From the NCBI RefSeq assembly GCF_006345805.1, contig NC_043010.1:54684001-54748000 (forward strand): 64,000 nucleotides of DNA, written 5' to 3'. Below are positions 1 through 14,092 of the stretch, piece after piece. The stretch is from Octopus sinensis. Lineage: Eukaryota. The stretch's first letter is position 1. Each line of letters opens with the position of its first letter. Both the position numbers and the translations under genes were made by a program. A model generated the notes under the pieces. The model was given only the letters and a program-made list of their open reading frames with translations, had not been told where the DNA came from and did not search any database.

Positions 1-508
1 GTCATATGGAAGCAAGTTAGGTTAATTCCTTTATTCTTATTCAATGTTATAACATTGGCGCACGTACATATATAAAAAAATTATACACATATATATACAT
101 GTGTGTATGTATATATATGTGTGTGTGTGTGTACACAGACGGAGGGACTCATAAAGAGTGAGCGAAACAGTGCTCGTGAATAATGTTTGTGTGTGTGTGT
201 GTGTGTCTGGGTGTTTTTGTGTCTGTGTGTGTTTGTGAGAGGGAGAGAGCGGGGAAAGATGGATGCAGCCGGGCAGTGATAAAGACGGATAGAAAACAGA
301 TAATGTTATGTTTCATATCTATTATGAATAATAAATTTGGTAACATAACAAGCGATAATATAATTTCTTTATTTGTTTGTCTATGTTTACAATACACTTC
401 ACTACATTGGTGTGCGCCGGTATACTTATAAGTAGGAATTATATATTTATGGGTGTGCGTGTATGTGTGTGCCTGTGAGCATTACTTATGTTCATGTTTA
501 CGTATGTA

Positions 509-543
<35 letters not shown>

Positions 544-1083
544 ACATGTATGTGTGGTGTGTAAGCAACAAAACGGTGACGAGTGACCATTTTGTAAATA
601 TGATTATAAGCATTCACTTCGTCTTGGTTATGGAAAATGGTATAATCTTAGGGCATATGAGCACCTGACGAAAAAGGTGCATCGAACCCACACCTGGTTT
701 TGCAGCAATAGGTGTGCTGAACGATGACTTCAACGCAAACAACTATTTTCTCCTTTAAATTTAAAAAGCATGAATTCCTAGCAGGAAGCGTGTAAGCATG
801 TGGGTGTTCTGCGTAAATTAAAAGGCGGTGACTCATGAAAATATTTTAAAGATACATATAAGCTTCCACGTTATCGTGACTGTAGAGAATGAATAGTTAG
901 TCATATAAGTACCTGACTGCAAAAATAGATATTGATATATTTGGGAATCGAAAACACACCTTATATATTCAAGATCATTCTGTTGAACGATTACACCAAT
1001 ATATCCATCAAATTTTGTCCGTTAAATTCAGGATCTCTGGTAAAAGATGTGGTTTCGATTCCCTCGTGTACTAATGTTCATCT

Positions 1084-1469
1084 GGAGGCGCAATGGCCCA
1101 GTGGTTAGGGCAGCGGACTCGCGGTCGTAAGATCGCGATTTCGATTCCCAGACCGGGCGTTGTGAGTGTTTATTGAGTGAAAACACGTAAGGCTCCACGA
1201 GGCTCCGCCAGGGGATGGTGGTGATCCCTGCTGTACTCTTTCACCACAACTTTCTCTCACTCTTACTTCCTGTTTCTGTTGTACCTGCATTTCAAAGGGC
1301 CGGCCTTGTCACTCTCTGTGTCACGCTGAATATTCCCGAGAACTACGTTAAGGGTACACGTGTCTGTGGAGTGCTCAGCCACTTGCACGTTAATTTCACG
1401 AGCAGGCTGTTCCGTTGATTCGGATCAACCGGAACCCTAGTCGTGGTAACCGACGGAGTGCTTCCAACC
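1084..1469 (+). mobile_element. tRNA-Arg-derived SINE (octopus OR-type), full length, tail A
   Basis: tRNA-like head GGAGGCGCAATGGCCCAGTGGTTAGGGCAGCGGACTCG with a B box; 11-bp TSD AATGTTCATCT (1073-1083 / 1470-1480). Confidence 0.85.
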
Positions 1470-1948
1470 AATGTTCATCTGTTTTATTTTTTCTGTTGGG
1501 CGTGTATATCCACTAATATTAGACTATTTTCTATAGTCAATATATGATGGAACATTATAATTACACACACAGACACTAACGCAGATACACACACACGCAA
1601 TAACAAGCACACACATGTGTATATATATATATATTATATACACATGTGTATGTGTGTGTGTGTGTGTGTGTGTGTACGAATCATGTATTGGGGGCGATGT
1701 GACTGGATAGTCCACTCGCACAACATTTCAGGCCTTATGCATATATACATACATATTTGTACATACCTACATCTATATGTATATATACATGCATATAAGG
1801 TTACAGGACATCAAAAAAACGTTGAACACAATGTGAAACGAAAACATTAAAAAAATATGGAAACGAACCATTTTTCAAACAACGAAAGAACAGAGTAGAA
1901 AACATACAACACAAGGAATATTATCCTTATATATATACATACAATCAA

Positions 1949-2175
1949 GGCGGCAAGCTGGCAGAAACGTTAGCACGCCGGGCGAAATGCTTAGGAGTAT
2001 TTCGTGTGCCGTTACGTTCTGAGTTCAAATTTCGCCGAGGCCGACATTGCCTTTCATCCTTTCGGGGTCGATAAATAAAGTATCAGTTACGCACTGGGGT
2101 CGATGTAATCGACTTAATCCCTTTGTCTGTCCTTGTTTGTCTCCTCTATGTTTAGCCCCTTGTGGGCAGAAAGAA
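1949..2175 (+). mobile_element. tRNA-derived SINE with a Meta-like central domain
   Basis: GGCGGCAAGCTGGCAGAAACGTTAGC..GCCTTTCATCCTTTCGGGGTCGATAAATAAAGTA. Confidence 0.75.
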
Positions 2176-2457
2176 AAGAAAAATATATTCATGCAATGAA
2201 AACGCACTATCACTCTGAAATTTCATGCTTGTCCCAGCTATTCTAGGACACAGTAGTAACGATTTCATCGATAAACCCGAACCTATTACCTTATGTTTTC
2301 ATTGTCCTATTTACCCGATTGGACTCTAAAACGTAGATGGCACCCAATCTGCAAAAACATCAGCACTCCCCTGAAAGTATTTAAAACGAAACAAGGAAAA
2401 AAGTGACCTTTCATTATTCAAATTCTATTAAGAACAAAACGATGAAGAATATATATA

Positions 2458-2860
2458 TTTCTTTATTGCCCACAGAGGGCTAACCACAGAGGGGACAAAC
2501 AAGAACAGACAAAGGACTTAAGTCGGTTACATCGACACCAGTGCGTAACTGGTACTTAATTTATCGACCCCGAAAGGATGAAAGGCAAAGTCGACCTCGG
2601 CGGAATTTGAACTCAGAACGTAACGGCAGACGAAATACCTACTCCTTTACTACCCACAAGCGGCTAAACACAGAGAGGACAGACAAAGGTATTAAGTCGA
2701 TTATATCGACCCTAGTGAGTAACTGGTACCTAATTTATCGACCCCGAAGGGATGAAAGTTAAAGTCGACCTCGTCCGAATTTGAAATCAGAACGTAACGG
2801 CAACCGAAATACCGCTAAGCATTTCGCCCGACGTGCTAACGATTCTGCCACTTCGCCGCC
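2458..2860 (-). mobile_element. Meta-type SINE, tandem dimer
   Basis: Two body units behind one head, in reverse orientation. Confidence 0.75.
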
Positions 2861-3629
2861 CTAAAAATTCCGCCCCAAGTAATACTGCGAGCTACTTGTA
2901 ACGCAGCCGAACTCGGAACTATAACTCTCCTCCAACTCTACCACTGTCGCCAAAGTAGCTCGCTTAAAGATGAAATATATAGACTTCTTAGATGCCGACC
3001 ACAGAGCTATATAAGCAATACTTAAGGCTTGTTCGTTACAAGACGAAAGTCTGACATCTGTTGAAATGAAAAGGTACATTAATAACTATATAGAACCCTA
3101 TTAATGCAGTCTCACAAATATAATGTCCTGATTTTTCTTTATTGTGTAAAAGTAGTATGAACGAAACGAAACTTAATGAACAATAAATGAGGTAAAAGTG
3201 TGATGTAGAAAACATTTGCCGAAACGAATGAAAATAAAAAAGCATTTGATGAAAAGTCTACTGAAAATATCAACTTAATGACATAGCGAGTGCAGACATT
3301 ATCAAAGAGAGAAAACATATACGTTATAAGAGAAGGCGAACGAAATACAATTTGCGACGCACTTCTAAAGAGAGTGATTAAATATATGAAGTGATACGAA
3401 ATTACCCACAGCAAAAAATATAAACGCAAATGCCATTTTTCATATGAGCAGTTTCGCTCATAAAATCAGTCAAGAAGTATATTCAATAATGAAAATTACG
3501 TGCGTATGTGTGTGCTGTGTGTGTGTATGGTGTCTCTGAGTGTATGATATATATATATAATATATATATATATAATATATATATATATATATGTATATAC
3601 ATGTATGTATGCATGTTTATGTATGGATA

Positions 3630-3705
<76 letters not shown>

Positions 3706-3913
3706 CAACTGCAAATGAGTGTGTGTGTGGTGTGTGTGCGTGTATTGATTATAGCGTTTATTCATGAGAATCGACAATGGTTTAAATGCGTCATCGCCGT
3801 GCACTCTTGACAGCGTTTGAAGTAGGCATATACCTGCTTTCTTTCAACTGGGGAAGAAACTGACAAGCAAAATAGTCGGCTCTTATAGGGTCTGAAATCC
3901 CGTAATCTTTATA

Positions 3914-3979
<66 letters not shown>

Positions 3980-5719
3980 AAGAAATATATGGAGGAAGAA
4001 TTCAGAGCCTGTTTTTACAAAACAGAATTCTGAAAACTTTTCATAGAAGAAATATCGTTTGAACTCATTCGATACTCTTTTAAGCTAGGCAACATTCTTG
4101 AGCCATGCTTGGAGCTGAATAAAAACTTTAGCGCATTGCTACGAGCCGTATTTTTCTCGGGTTTCCTGAGGTGTGTGACTATTGATTTTTTTCCCCTCGC
4201 ATTAGCATTTAGATTGCTCTGTGAAATATAATGCGTATATTCACATTGATTTAACTTAATCGTGCATTATTGCGCAGCTTTCCTATTCCAATGATGTAAT
4301 TATTATTATTTTGTTTTAGAATAACACTCTAGGGCAGCTGTAAGAATTTCAACATTCAGGCCAGATATAGCCGGTTTAAAGATATAACCATTAACGTCTG
4401 CATAGAAAGTTATGTAATTAACTTTTTTAAGAGGAGTATGAACAATGATAACGACGCGCTTGCGAGAATACGACTTTGTGAGGAGCTAGCATACATATAA
4501 TACTCGTCACGCGCCCTAGGTAACGTTGGTACAATTTACATGTAAGTGACAAGATTTTAAATAGCCTTATCAATCTCGTGTTTTCATGAACATGACTATA
4601 ATATACAACAAATTCTTTAACAAACACAACGACAACTTCATCAGTTTATGCACCGAAACGTACACTTGCACACACCTAACTGCAATAATAATATCCTTAT
4701 TTTCAGATGGCATCCAATTCCTCGGCACTTTTTTTTCATATATTTCCAAAAGTATTGGAACGTTTACGTGCATTTTTACTTATCCTTTAAAGGAAGTTTT
4801 AGATAATGTTACAACCCCTATCTTATTCGTGTTGATATCTAAGTTATTTAACTTTGTTCATCCAAAAATTTGACAACTAGGAAGGCATGCTGAAATAAAT
4901 GAAATTGGAATAAATTCAATGCTGTAGATGAATTGCAACTTCAAGATGAAAAGTGGAACGGAAATTGCAACAACCTGAATATACCACACAAATTTGCTAC
5001 ACGCATATTGCATTTAAACTGGGACTAATTTAGAAGTTTCTATAGCATTATTGTTGTATTCATATAATGGTTTCAAGAGAAGAAATAGTGTGGATGTGAA
5101 GGTTAGCAGGCACACGGGTTCAAAAGAAATCGTAAGGGGGGAAAAAACCAATAAAAGAGATAGTGTTGAGAGAGAAATAAAATTTTGTGCATCTGACTCT
5201 ATAAAAGCCTTAAAATATTCTGTAATTGCGGTCGAAAAAAAAAAGAAAATTAACCATAGATTGCACTGAAATTACTGAAGTGAATGTAAAAGAGGTAAAG
5301 GACGGGCTTCTGCTACGTTTCGCATCCAATAACGAGGTATTTATCACGAAAGTGAGGAGAGCTAGGACACGTTCTGTGTGACAAGTGGCACGGAAATTCA
5401 TGTATCTTGATTACACAGACACACACACAAACACACACACACACACCCCTCACTCACACGCCCACATTCACACACCCACACACACATAATATCATACATA
5501 AGTGTCTGTGTGATATTATCTTATAGAATGCATGAACAAAGCTTCTCTGCGGATGTAGTACTATGAGTATATATATATATATATATATATATACGTATGC
5601 TATCATACATACATATTTATATGTATATATATATATATGTATATATATATACATACACCTATGCTATAATATATACATATGTATTTATGTATATATATAG
5701 ATATATATGTGTGTGCGCT

Positions 5720-5752
<33 letters not shown>

Positions 5753-6587
5753 CTATATTAAATGTGTACACATATACATGTGTGTGTATGCGTATGGGTA
5801 TCGTAGTGATGTGGCTATATAGCATATATACACATACGTATATACGCATAAATATGTTTCTAAGCAGAGAATAGGTAGATATATAGATAGAATAAGATAA
5901 CGCATATATATTAGTATGCAGAAATTACAAATAATCTATTTACAAATTTAGACATACTGTCTCATACACAATTTTATCTACATACAATCTCTATCCTCGG
6001 GCATCTTTCGCTTGAGCTTTGAACATCTGTGTCTTGATGCTCGATAATCTTATAACAATTGTTCAATCCACTCGTATTAACGCTTATGGTATTCACGCAT
6101 GTGATATCATTGAAATTGCTGTTTAATTGATATACTTAATCTGAACATCTATATTTGTCCATCAGATGTCCTCACTGCGAAATCCTCCTTAGTCATGCGC
6201 GCATGTCATTGTTGCCCATCTTATCTCATTATTACACACACCATCGCTCTTTCTCCTCCCACATTCTCTCTGCCTGTGTGTGTGTGTGTGTGTGTGGTGT
6301 GTGTGTGTGTGTGTGTGTGTTTGCTTGCTTCTCTCTCTTTGTCTGTCTCTCCCTCCGTCCCTCCATCCAGCTCTGTCAGGCACATTCTAAGTACGATCTT
6401 CGCAATTATATTTCGAGTAATTTTCATTACTCTGCATTATGTTCATATTTTGCTTATTCCTCGTGATATTCCTTGTGTTCTACATTCCACCAGTTGCAAA
6501 TCATACATAATGTAGGTACTTTTCCTATCAAAACCATTCTCAGATTTTTTTAACCCTCGCTACCTCTTGCAACTCTCTTTCTTTCTT

Positions 6588-6868
6588 TCTTCGTCCTTTT
6601 CAAGCCTAGCCAGACGCATGCGCCCGGTGTCCCGGTTTATATAGCGTATGTGTTGTCCCCAGCGGGACGGGACGCCAGTCCATCACCGAGTTACTCAGTA
6701 AACTTGTGGCGAAAGAGTACAACAGGGGTCACCACAACCCCCTGCCGGAGCCTATGGGGCCTTAGGTGTTTTCACTCAATAAACAAACACAACCGCCGGT
6801 CTGGGAATCGCAACCACGATCCTCCGACCGCGAGTCCGCTGCCCTAACCACTGGGCCATTGCGCCTCC
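6588..6868 (-). mobile_element. tRNA-Arg-derived SINE, alternative tail B
   Basis: Same head and body as the 1084 copy, then GATGGACTGGCGTCCCGTCC (V-domain-like). Confidence 0.75.
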
Positions 6869-7013
6869 AGTGGAGGAGCGTATAATTTTGCTCATGAGCA
6901 TCATGTATATAGAAACACAATATATACATATCGGGGTCACAAAACTATAGTCCTATCAGTGAATTGGTGGAATACTAGATGCACAGTTTTCCTTGTTATA
7001 TATATTATTTGGA

Positions 7014-7052
<39 letters not shown>

Positions 7053-7752
7053 CTTGCAATATCTATCTTTCTATCTATCTATCTACAGTAATTCCCCGCC
7101 ATATCGCGGTTCACCTACCGCAGTTTGCTTTTATTTAATCTTATGTCAATTCCTCCTTGGTATTGCTTTGCATTTATAATAAAATAAATATATACAAATA
7201 TACGCCTACACACAAAATCACACTCAAATAGTCTCATACAGTTACACGCATACATACACACACATTCTTGCAGAGAATTAGCGTCAAATTTTTCACTTGA
7301 TATTTATTGGAACGCTAAAATCTTCATAGGGCATGTTCACTGTGGAGGAGTCCGTAGTGACTATAGCAGACTGACACGTCAGCCTTAGGAAACCAATTAT
7401 ATAAATACAGATATCTTCAAGAAGTCATATATTTCTCAGCGTCCACCCACAATAACAAACAGAAAGATTATGAACCTATGACCTAGAATATAGTTTTAAC
7501 TGTTTATGCATGTATCCACCGTATAAATTCTACATATTCATTTTCAGGTCTATTAGAACTAATTGAGAAACTGGAATGATTCTACTGTAACATCAACTTC
7601 AATATATAACAGCTAAAGAAGGAAAAAAATAGAATATTCTCGTAGGCTGATCTTCTAGTCTTGGTGATTCGTCACCCATCCTGGAAATATGTGTATCCAT
7701 CACATAAATGTGATAATTTACTATGATAATATATTAGCAACCCAATCTCGAT

Positions 7753-8428
7753 GGGGTCTTTTCCTTTTGAACGGCACATGTCAACACAATTTCTAGTTAA
7801 CTAAATACTTTAAAACTTCGTATACTGGTAGAATGTGTCAAAATAAAACATTTTCTTCTCTTGGCTTTCTTGAGAAAATTGTAATTTGTTAGTTTAACGT
7901 AGTTTAATTTTTTGAATTTTAACCAATGAATCGCCTCTAGTGAGCTAAAATCATTTGCTGCGTCTAACACTGAGACAACATCCTGTCATTAAACCTAACC
8001 CTCACCCTCACCCTCTATAGAATTATTTTGTTTGTTAATTGTTTAAATTATTTACCACTGCTTTCGTTTTAGCCTTCGTTTTTTTTTCTGAATTCTTATC
8101 CTTAAATTAATTTAACAATTAAGAAAAAAAAAACAATTAAGAAAAAAAACCGAAAGGATGAGGGTGAGGGTGAGGTTTAGGGTTAGGGTTAGTGACAGGA
8201 TGTTGTCTCAGTTTTAGACGCAGCAAATGACTTTAGCTCAATTAGAGGCAATTGATTGGTTAACATTCGAAAAATTAAACTACGTTAAACAAACGAATTA
8301 CAATTTTATCAAGAAAGCCAAGAGAAAAAATGTTTTATTTTGACACATTCTACCAGTATACGAAGTTTTAAAGTGTTTAGTTAACTAGAAATTGTGTTGA
8401 CATGTGCCATTCAAAAGGAAAAGATCCT
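7753..8428. mobile_element. Fold-back MITE with ~250-bp terminal inverted repeats
   Basis: GGGGTCTTTTCCTTTTGAACGGCA... mirrored at 8428; flanks CTCGAT/CACGAT are TSD-like; the inner arm ends carry (AGGGTG)2 and TTAGGG-type repeats. Confidence 0.75.
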
Positions 8429-8844
8429 CACGATGTATATATATATATAATTTTAGCGTAAAGCTATATTCAGTTAAAAAGATCGTAGTTAAAGTGTTGT
8501 ACACTTTTCATTAAACATTAGAGACAGATTTAACATTTTTCGCATTTGAAATCTAAATGTAATGATTCGCCACAAATTACTTTACCCGAGTCTCTAATTA
8601 GTAATTGAATTCATTAAAGTGTTTTTAATTAATACTTTGAAATTATGGCACAATAGAAGCACATTTTACGAAAACGTTTAGTCAATAAATATTTACCCAA
8701 TGGTATTTATGTACATCGGCCTAGAAATGATGGAATGTAAAGTGGGACCCGGCGAAATTTGAACCCTCACATAAAGCATCAGTCGAAACACCGCTAAAAA
8801 TATTGTCGGACTCGTTAACAATTCTACCAGAAATAATTTTTGTA

Positions 8845-9048
8845 TATATTTATTTATTGTCCACAAGGGGACAAACAAAGACAGACAAAGGGATTAAGTC
8901 GATTACATCGACCCAGCGCGTAGCTGGTACTTTATTTATCGACACCGAACGGATGAAAGGCAATTCGACCTCGATGGAATTTGAACTCAGAACCTAACAG
9001 CTAAGCATTTCGCCCGGCGCGCTAATGCTTCTGCCAGCTCGTCGCCTT
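8845..9048 (-). mobile_element. Meta-type SINE
   Basis: Homologous to the 1949 copy. Confidence 0.7.
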
Positions 9049-9465
9049 ATATTTTTATATAATAACAACGGTCAGAACGAAATGTTTTATGGTAGACATA
9101 CGAATCATTCATTCTTCAAAAACAAAATAATTAAGGGGGGAGAAATCAATAGATAGTCAGCGTAAAAATATATAAAATTGAATAGAAGAGATATCACATT
9201 ATTGAGTATGGATATAAAAGTTGTTACAGAACCACTTGGAGTATTATATAAGATAGTAAGAAATTTGGCATAATTTAACACATTTCAAAAGGCTAATAAC
9301 CTACAGGTTATCCATTTGGTTTATTGTCAGGAGACGTGAGAAATTCTATAGTCGCAACGGCTGCTATTGCAACGTATTAAGACAATCGAGTTGAAACAGA
9401 AGGCTTCAGTCTAACAACGAAAAGGCTACTGACATTTCTCGGCGACAATGGAACACGTTTCATCT

Positions 9466-9855
9466 GGAAGAATGAAGCACTCCGTCAGTTACGACGACGA
9501 GAGTTCCGGTTGATCCGATCAACGGAACAGCCTGCTCGTGAAATTAACGTGTAAGTGGCTGAGCACTCCACAGACACGTATACTCTTAACATAGTTCTCG
9601 GGGATATTCAGCGTGACACAGAGAGTGACAAGGCCGGCCCTTTGAAGTACAGGTACAACAGAAACAGGAAGTAAGTGTGAGAGAAAGTTGTGGTGAAAGA
9701 GTACAGCAGGGATCACCACCATCCCCTGCGGAGCCTCGTGGAGCTTTAGGTGTTTTTTTCGCTGAATAAATACTCACAACGCCCGGTCTGGGTATCGAAA
9801 CCGCGATCCTACGACCGCGACTCCGCTGCCCTAACCACTGGGCCATTGCGCCTCC
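9466..9855 (-). mobile_element. tRNA-Arg-derived SINE, tail A
   Basis: Near-identical to the 1084 copy; 13-bp TSD ACACGTTTCATCT (9453-9465 / 9856-9868). Confidence 0.85.
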
Positions 9856-9897
9856 ACACGTTTCATCTAACCTAATCAGATAAGATGCGGTTCTTGA

Positions 9898-10265
9898 TTT
9901 ATTCTTTTATTTGTTTCAGTTATTTGACTGCGGCCAGGCTGGAGCACGACCTTTAGTCTTATAAATCGACCCCCAGGACTTATTCTTTGTAAGCCTAGTA
10001 CTTATTCTGTCGGTCTTCTGCCGAACCGCTAAGTTACGGGGCCGTAAACACATCAACATGGTTGGACAAACACAAACACTCAAATACACACACATACACT
10101 CACACACACACACACATATATACGACGGGCTTATTTCACTTTCCGTCTGCCAAATCCACTCACAAGGCTTTAGTCGGCCCGAGGCAATAGTAGAAGACAC
10201 TTGCCCAAGGTTCCACGCAGTAGGACTGAACATGGAACCGTATGGTTTGTAAGCAAGCTACTTAT
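9898..10265 (-). mobile_element. CORE-type tRNA-derived composite SINE
   Basis: Minus strand: ..TCAGTCCTACTGCGTGGAACCTTGGGCAAGTGTCTT (CORE-like), an internal (TG/TA)n tract and a 3' module ending GACTGAAACAA. Confidence 0.75.
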
Positions 10266-10840
10266 CTCCTGCACACACACATATATGTATATATGTATAT
10301 AGTGTGTGTTTGTGAGAGAGAGAGAGAGAGTGAGAAAGAAAATGTCACAAATAAATTATATTCCTGTACGTGAAATATTTTCAAAACTTTAGTCTTCTTT
10401 TTTTTTTTGAGAAAATACTTCACATTAATTCGATCAGATTAATTTCGAATCGATCTCCTCCTACTTACGTGTTGTAGCTTTTGCTCAGTTACTGTTATTG
10501 ATATATTTCCGTATATGACTGGGTTTCTTTCATGCGTGTGTGTTAGTGTTATTGTCTTGTTGCTATGTACTAGCATCTTACTGTGAATTATTAATTACTT
10601 TTATGAAGTAACTTTATTTTAAAAGTTTTTTAGTTTGTATTTTATTTATTTTAGTTATTGCACTTCTCAACATTTGTTGTCGCAGAAGTCAACCCCAGTT
10701 GCTAGGTCTTAAGTGAGATATTTAAATTATTAGTTTCTTTGTTCAAGCCACTCTCAAGTAGGAAAATAAACGAACGACGTACACTGCGCGCACATGCACA
10801 CACACACACACACATACACACACACACGCATACATACATG

Positions 10841-11224
10841 TGGAAGCACTCCGTCGGTTACGACGATCAGGGTTCCGGTTGATCCGAATCAACGGAACAG
10901 CCTGCTCGTGAAATTAACGTGTAAGTGGCTGAGCACTCCACAGACACGTGCACCCTTAACGTAGTTCTGGGGGATATTCAGCGTGACACAGTGAGTGACA
11001 AGGCCGGCGCCTTGAAATACAGGTACAACAGAAACAGGAAGTAAGAGTGAGAGAAAGTTGTGGTGAAAGACTACAGCAGGGATCAGCACCATCCCCTGCC
11101 GGAGCCTCGTGGAGCTTTTAGGTGTTTTCGCTCAATAAACACTCACAACGCCCGGTCTGGGAATCGAAACCGCGATCCTATGACCGCGAGTCCGCTGCCC
11201 TAACCACTGGGCCATTGCGCCTCC
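10841..11224 (-). mobile_element. tRNA-Arg-derived SINE, tail A
   Basis: Full-length copy with TSD-like CACGCATACATACAT flanks. Confidence 0.85.
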
Positions 11225-11227
11225 ACG

Positions 11228-11259
<32 letters not shown>

Positions 11260-11313
11260 TATATATATTATATATACATACATACATACATACATACATA
11301 CGAGTATGTATCG

Positions 11314-11532
11314 TACGAGAGGGAGCAGAAACATTCCTGGTTTGGGTAAAACAAAATAGAGAAGGGTCATTGAATTATGATTTTATTCAACATATTCCTC
11401 TCAAAGCTTCACACACTTATTGCAGCGACCCTTCAATTTTATCTAAACGTTAGAAAAGAACTTGGAATACTGGGCATTCAACGAGGCCTTTCGCAGTACT
11501 CTTAAAGCCAGAAACCTTTCAGTAAACCTCGT
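11314..11532 (-). mobile_element. Mariner-derived fragment (transposase C-terminus)
   Basis: Minus strand reads ..KLKGRCNKCVKL*EEYVE*, like a mariner C-terminus; TACGAG/CTCGT ends. Confidence 0.5.
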
Positions 11533-11778
11533 TTAGTATGTTACTGTCATGGAGTTTCTTAGAGTAGTAGAAAAGGAATATTTATCTCTTATTTCTAAAT
11601 TCGGTATGTGGTGAAGCAATTGGCTAAACCCTAATTATAAGTATGCTTATAATTAAAAAAATATTTGTATAATTTGACCTATAAAGTTTATTTTAACGCA
11701 CCGATCTACTTGTTAAAATTATTAGTTAAGTCATTGATTACTGTATTAATTTAGATGATCAATTTTACCCCTTTATCA

Positions 11779-11842
<64 letters not shown>

Positions 11843-12396
11843 TTTATGTGACTACTACCAGAGAATTTCCATGCTGATATTCAGCTGCAAGGTGTTGGCT
11901 GTTCTGATGATATCGTAGGAGACGCTCAATTTGCTGCGCCGAGAGACTACAACATTAACTGTGTCGTTTCTAACTAGTTTAATAATCGCACAGAGACGAC
12001 AGCGTTTGCATTTTGAAACTTAGTATATACGTATTTATTGATGTTTTGAGAAAATTAAAAAAGTATTGTGTTGGCATTTATTTGAAATATTTATATGTTT
12101 TCTTGTACTGGGAATGAAATATATTCCATAAAATGTTTTAAAAAATATACCGAATGGAAATTTAAGGAAATCTTAAAGTGAAACAAAAAAGAATGAGAAA
12201 ATGAAATTGCAAAATTCAAGACAGGAAAAATTTGATAGAAAATATTCACTTCACACACTTCGATGCACATACATTTCAGTGACATAAGTTGAAACAAAGT
12301 ATGTGGCTTTAACACCTACTCTTTTTGATTCTAGAGTATTCTATTCCAGTTCAGTTTTTATGACAAATTATTTATTCAAAACAATTTTATTTTCGT

Positions 12397-12455
<59 letters not shown>

Positions 12456-12467
12456 GATATATATATA

Positions 12468-12507
<40 letters not shown>

Positions 12508-12677
12508 GTATATGATATAATATATAATTGAGTAGTTGAATGAATTATCTTATTATGGATAATTCGGTTAACCGATACCTGGGTAGCAATTTCACGTCAG
12601 AAAAACACGGTTGAAGTTGCATGCCTAGGGCAGAGATCACGTGCTATCGTGTGGAAATTTGTGTCTTTTTTTAAATA

Positions 12678-12938
12678 CAAATAAATGAAAGAATGGAGTT
12701 GAACGACGAATTAACAAAATTCCTTTATTTTATTTTCGACATATGTTTCGAAGGCTGCATATTCCTAATTTCGAAGGAATAAGGGGTGCATTATGCCGCC
12801 TTCTCATCAGGAAAAGTAAGGAACTTATGTCAGCATCAAGATGCACAAAAACTTTTAGATGACTGCCCACGGGCAGTCATCTAAATAAAATGAAGGGATT
12901 TTGTTAATTCGTCGTTCAACTCCATTCTTTCATTTATT

Positions 12939-12940
<2 letters not shown>
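12678..12940. mobile_element. Inverted-repeat Penelope-like non-autonomous element carrying a hammerhead
   Basis: ~58-bp terminal inverted repeats (12678-12735 / 12883-12940), internal HHR, perfect 15-bp hairpin at 12854-12885, followed by (TA)n. Confidence 0.7.
12733..12815 (-). ncRNA. Type I minimal hammerhead ribozyme, canonical core
   Basis: Minus strand: TTTTC-CTGATGA-GAAGGC..GCCTTC-GAAA-CATATG-TC^GAAAA. Helix I 5 bp, helix II 6 bp with a branched loop. Confidence 0.85.
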
Positions 12941-12972
<32 letters not shown>

Positions 12973-14092
12973 TATTATATATATATACATACATATTGCA
13001 TCGGCCGACCACATTCCCTTGCGAGTGGATTAGGTAGACGGAAACTGAAAGAAGGCCGTCGTATATGTATATATACATATATTATGCACATATATATGTA
13101 TATATATATAGTGATTTATGTTTGAGAGATATAAACGTTATGGACAGCAAACATACAAAAAGTATAGGCTTAGCTGTGTTCTGGATGCGCTGGTTCATAA
13201 CATTTGTAGACGACATCTTATAACACAATGTGTTAAAATAACCGTAAATCATAATGAATTCGATATTTGATTTGATTTTACCCGTGATGTACCGGAACGT
13301 ACACCGAATCAAAACTTGTCCCTATCTACAGGGAACCAATCAACCAAAATATTAAATTCAAAACAAAATGTTTTGATGAAAACATCCGCGAAAAAATAAC
13401 AAGACGTCGTCAAATTTATTACCAATCAAAACTTTTGCAGTTGCCAGTAAAACTTAAATGTACACAAAATATCTTCCGATTCCACCCCCACCAAAAATAA
13501 AAGTACGTGAAAAGAAAGAGACTAGAACACGAAGAACACTACGACAGAAATTGTGAAAAAAAGCACTTATTCTTTGTCACTCAATTTTTTCCCTCTCTGT
13601 CTTACCCACGTATTGTATATAAAAAAAACTCTATATATTATGAGTTTCCATGATGTTATGATTCTTTATGATCTTCGCGAACATTTAACTTCATATGATA
13701 AATCCCTGAGAAACTCATTGAAATTTCTGTCAGCATTTGAATATTTTAAACTCTGATAAAACCACCTTGTTTTATATATGTTTTAATTCATTGCTAGTGA
13801 AGACATTGATGAAACTAGTTTGGTATGCGAACAAATTTATTTAAAAACAACTACGCATTCAAGCGTGTTTCAAACCCCAAAACAAATTCTCGTACAATTT
13901 CTCCTGCGAGGAATACACAACTTTCCATATATATATATTAGTTATAACATACAGTGTACATTTAAACACATAAGGAATCCACTCGTGGGATTCAACGCGC
14001 TAGAAAGAACAGCTTGGTTCTATAATCACAAAATTTAGGGGTAAAATTCGACAGGAACGAAATAAAAAAATAAAAACATATTACCATCAAGT

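Noticed and set aside
1084-1160. tRNA-Arg gene-like sequence (and in the other SINE heads)
   Set aside because: These are SINE heads continuing into a body with TSDs; there is no proper acceptor stem, so they are not tRNA genes.
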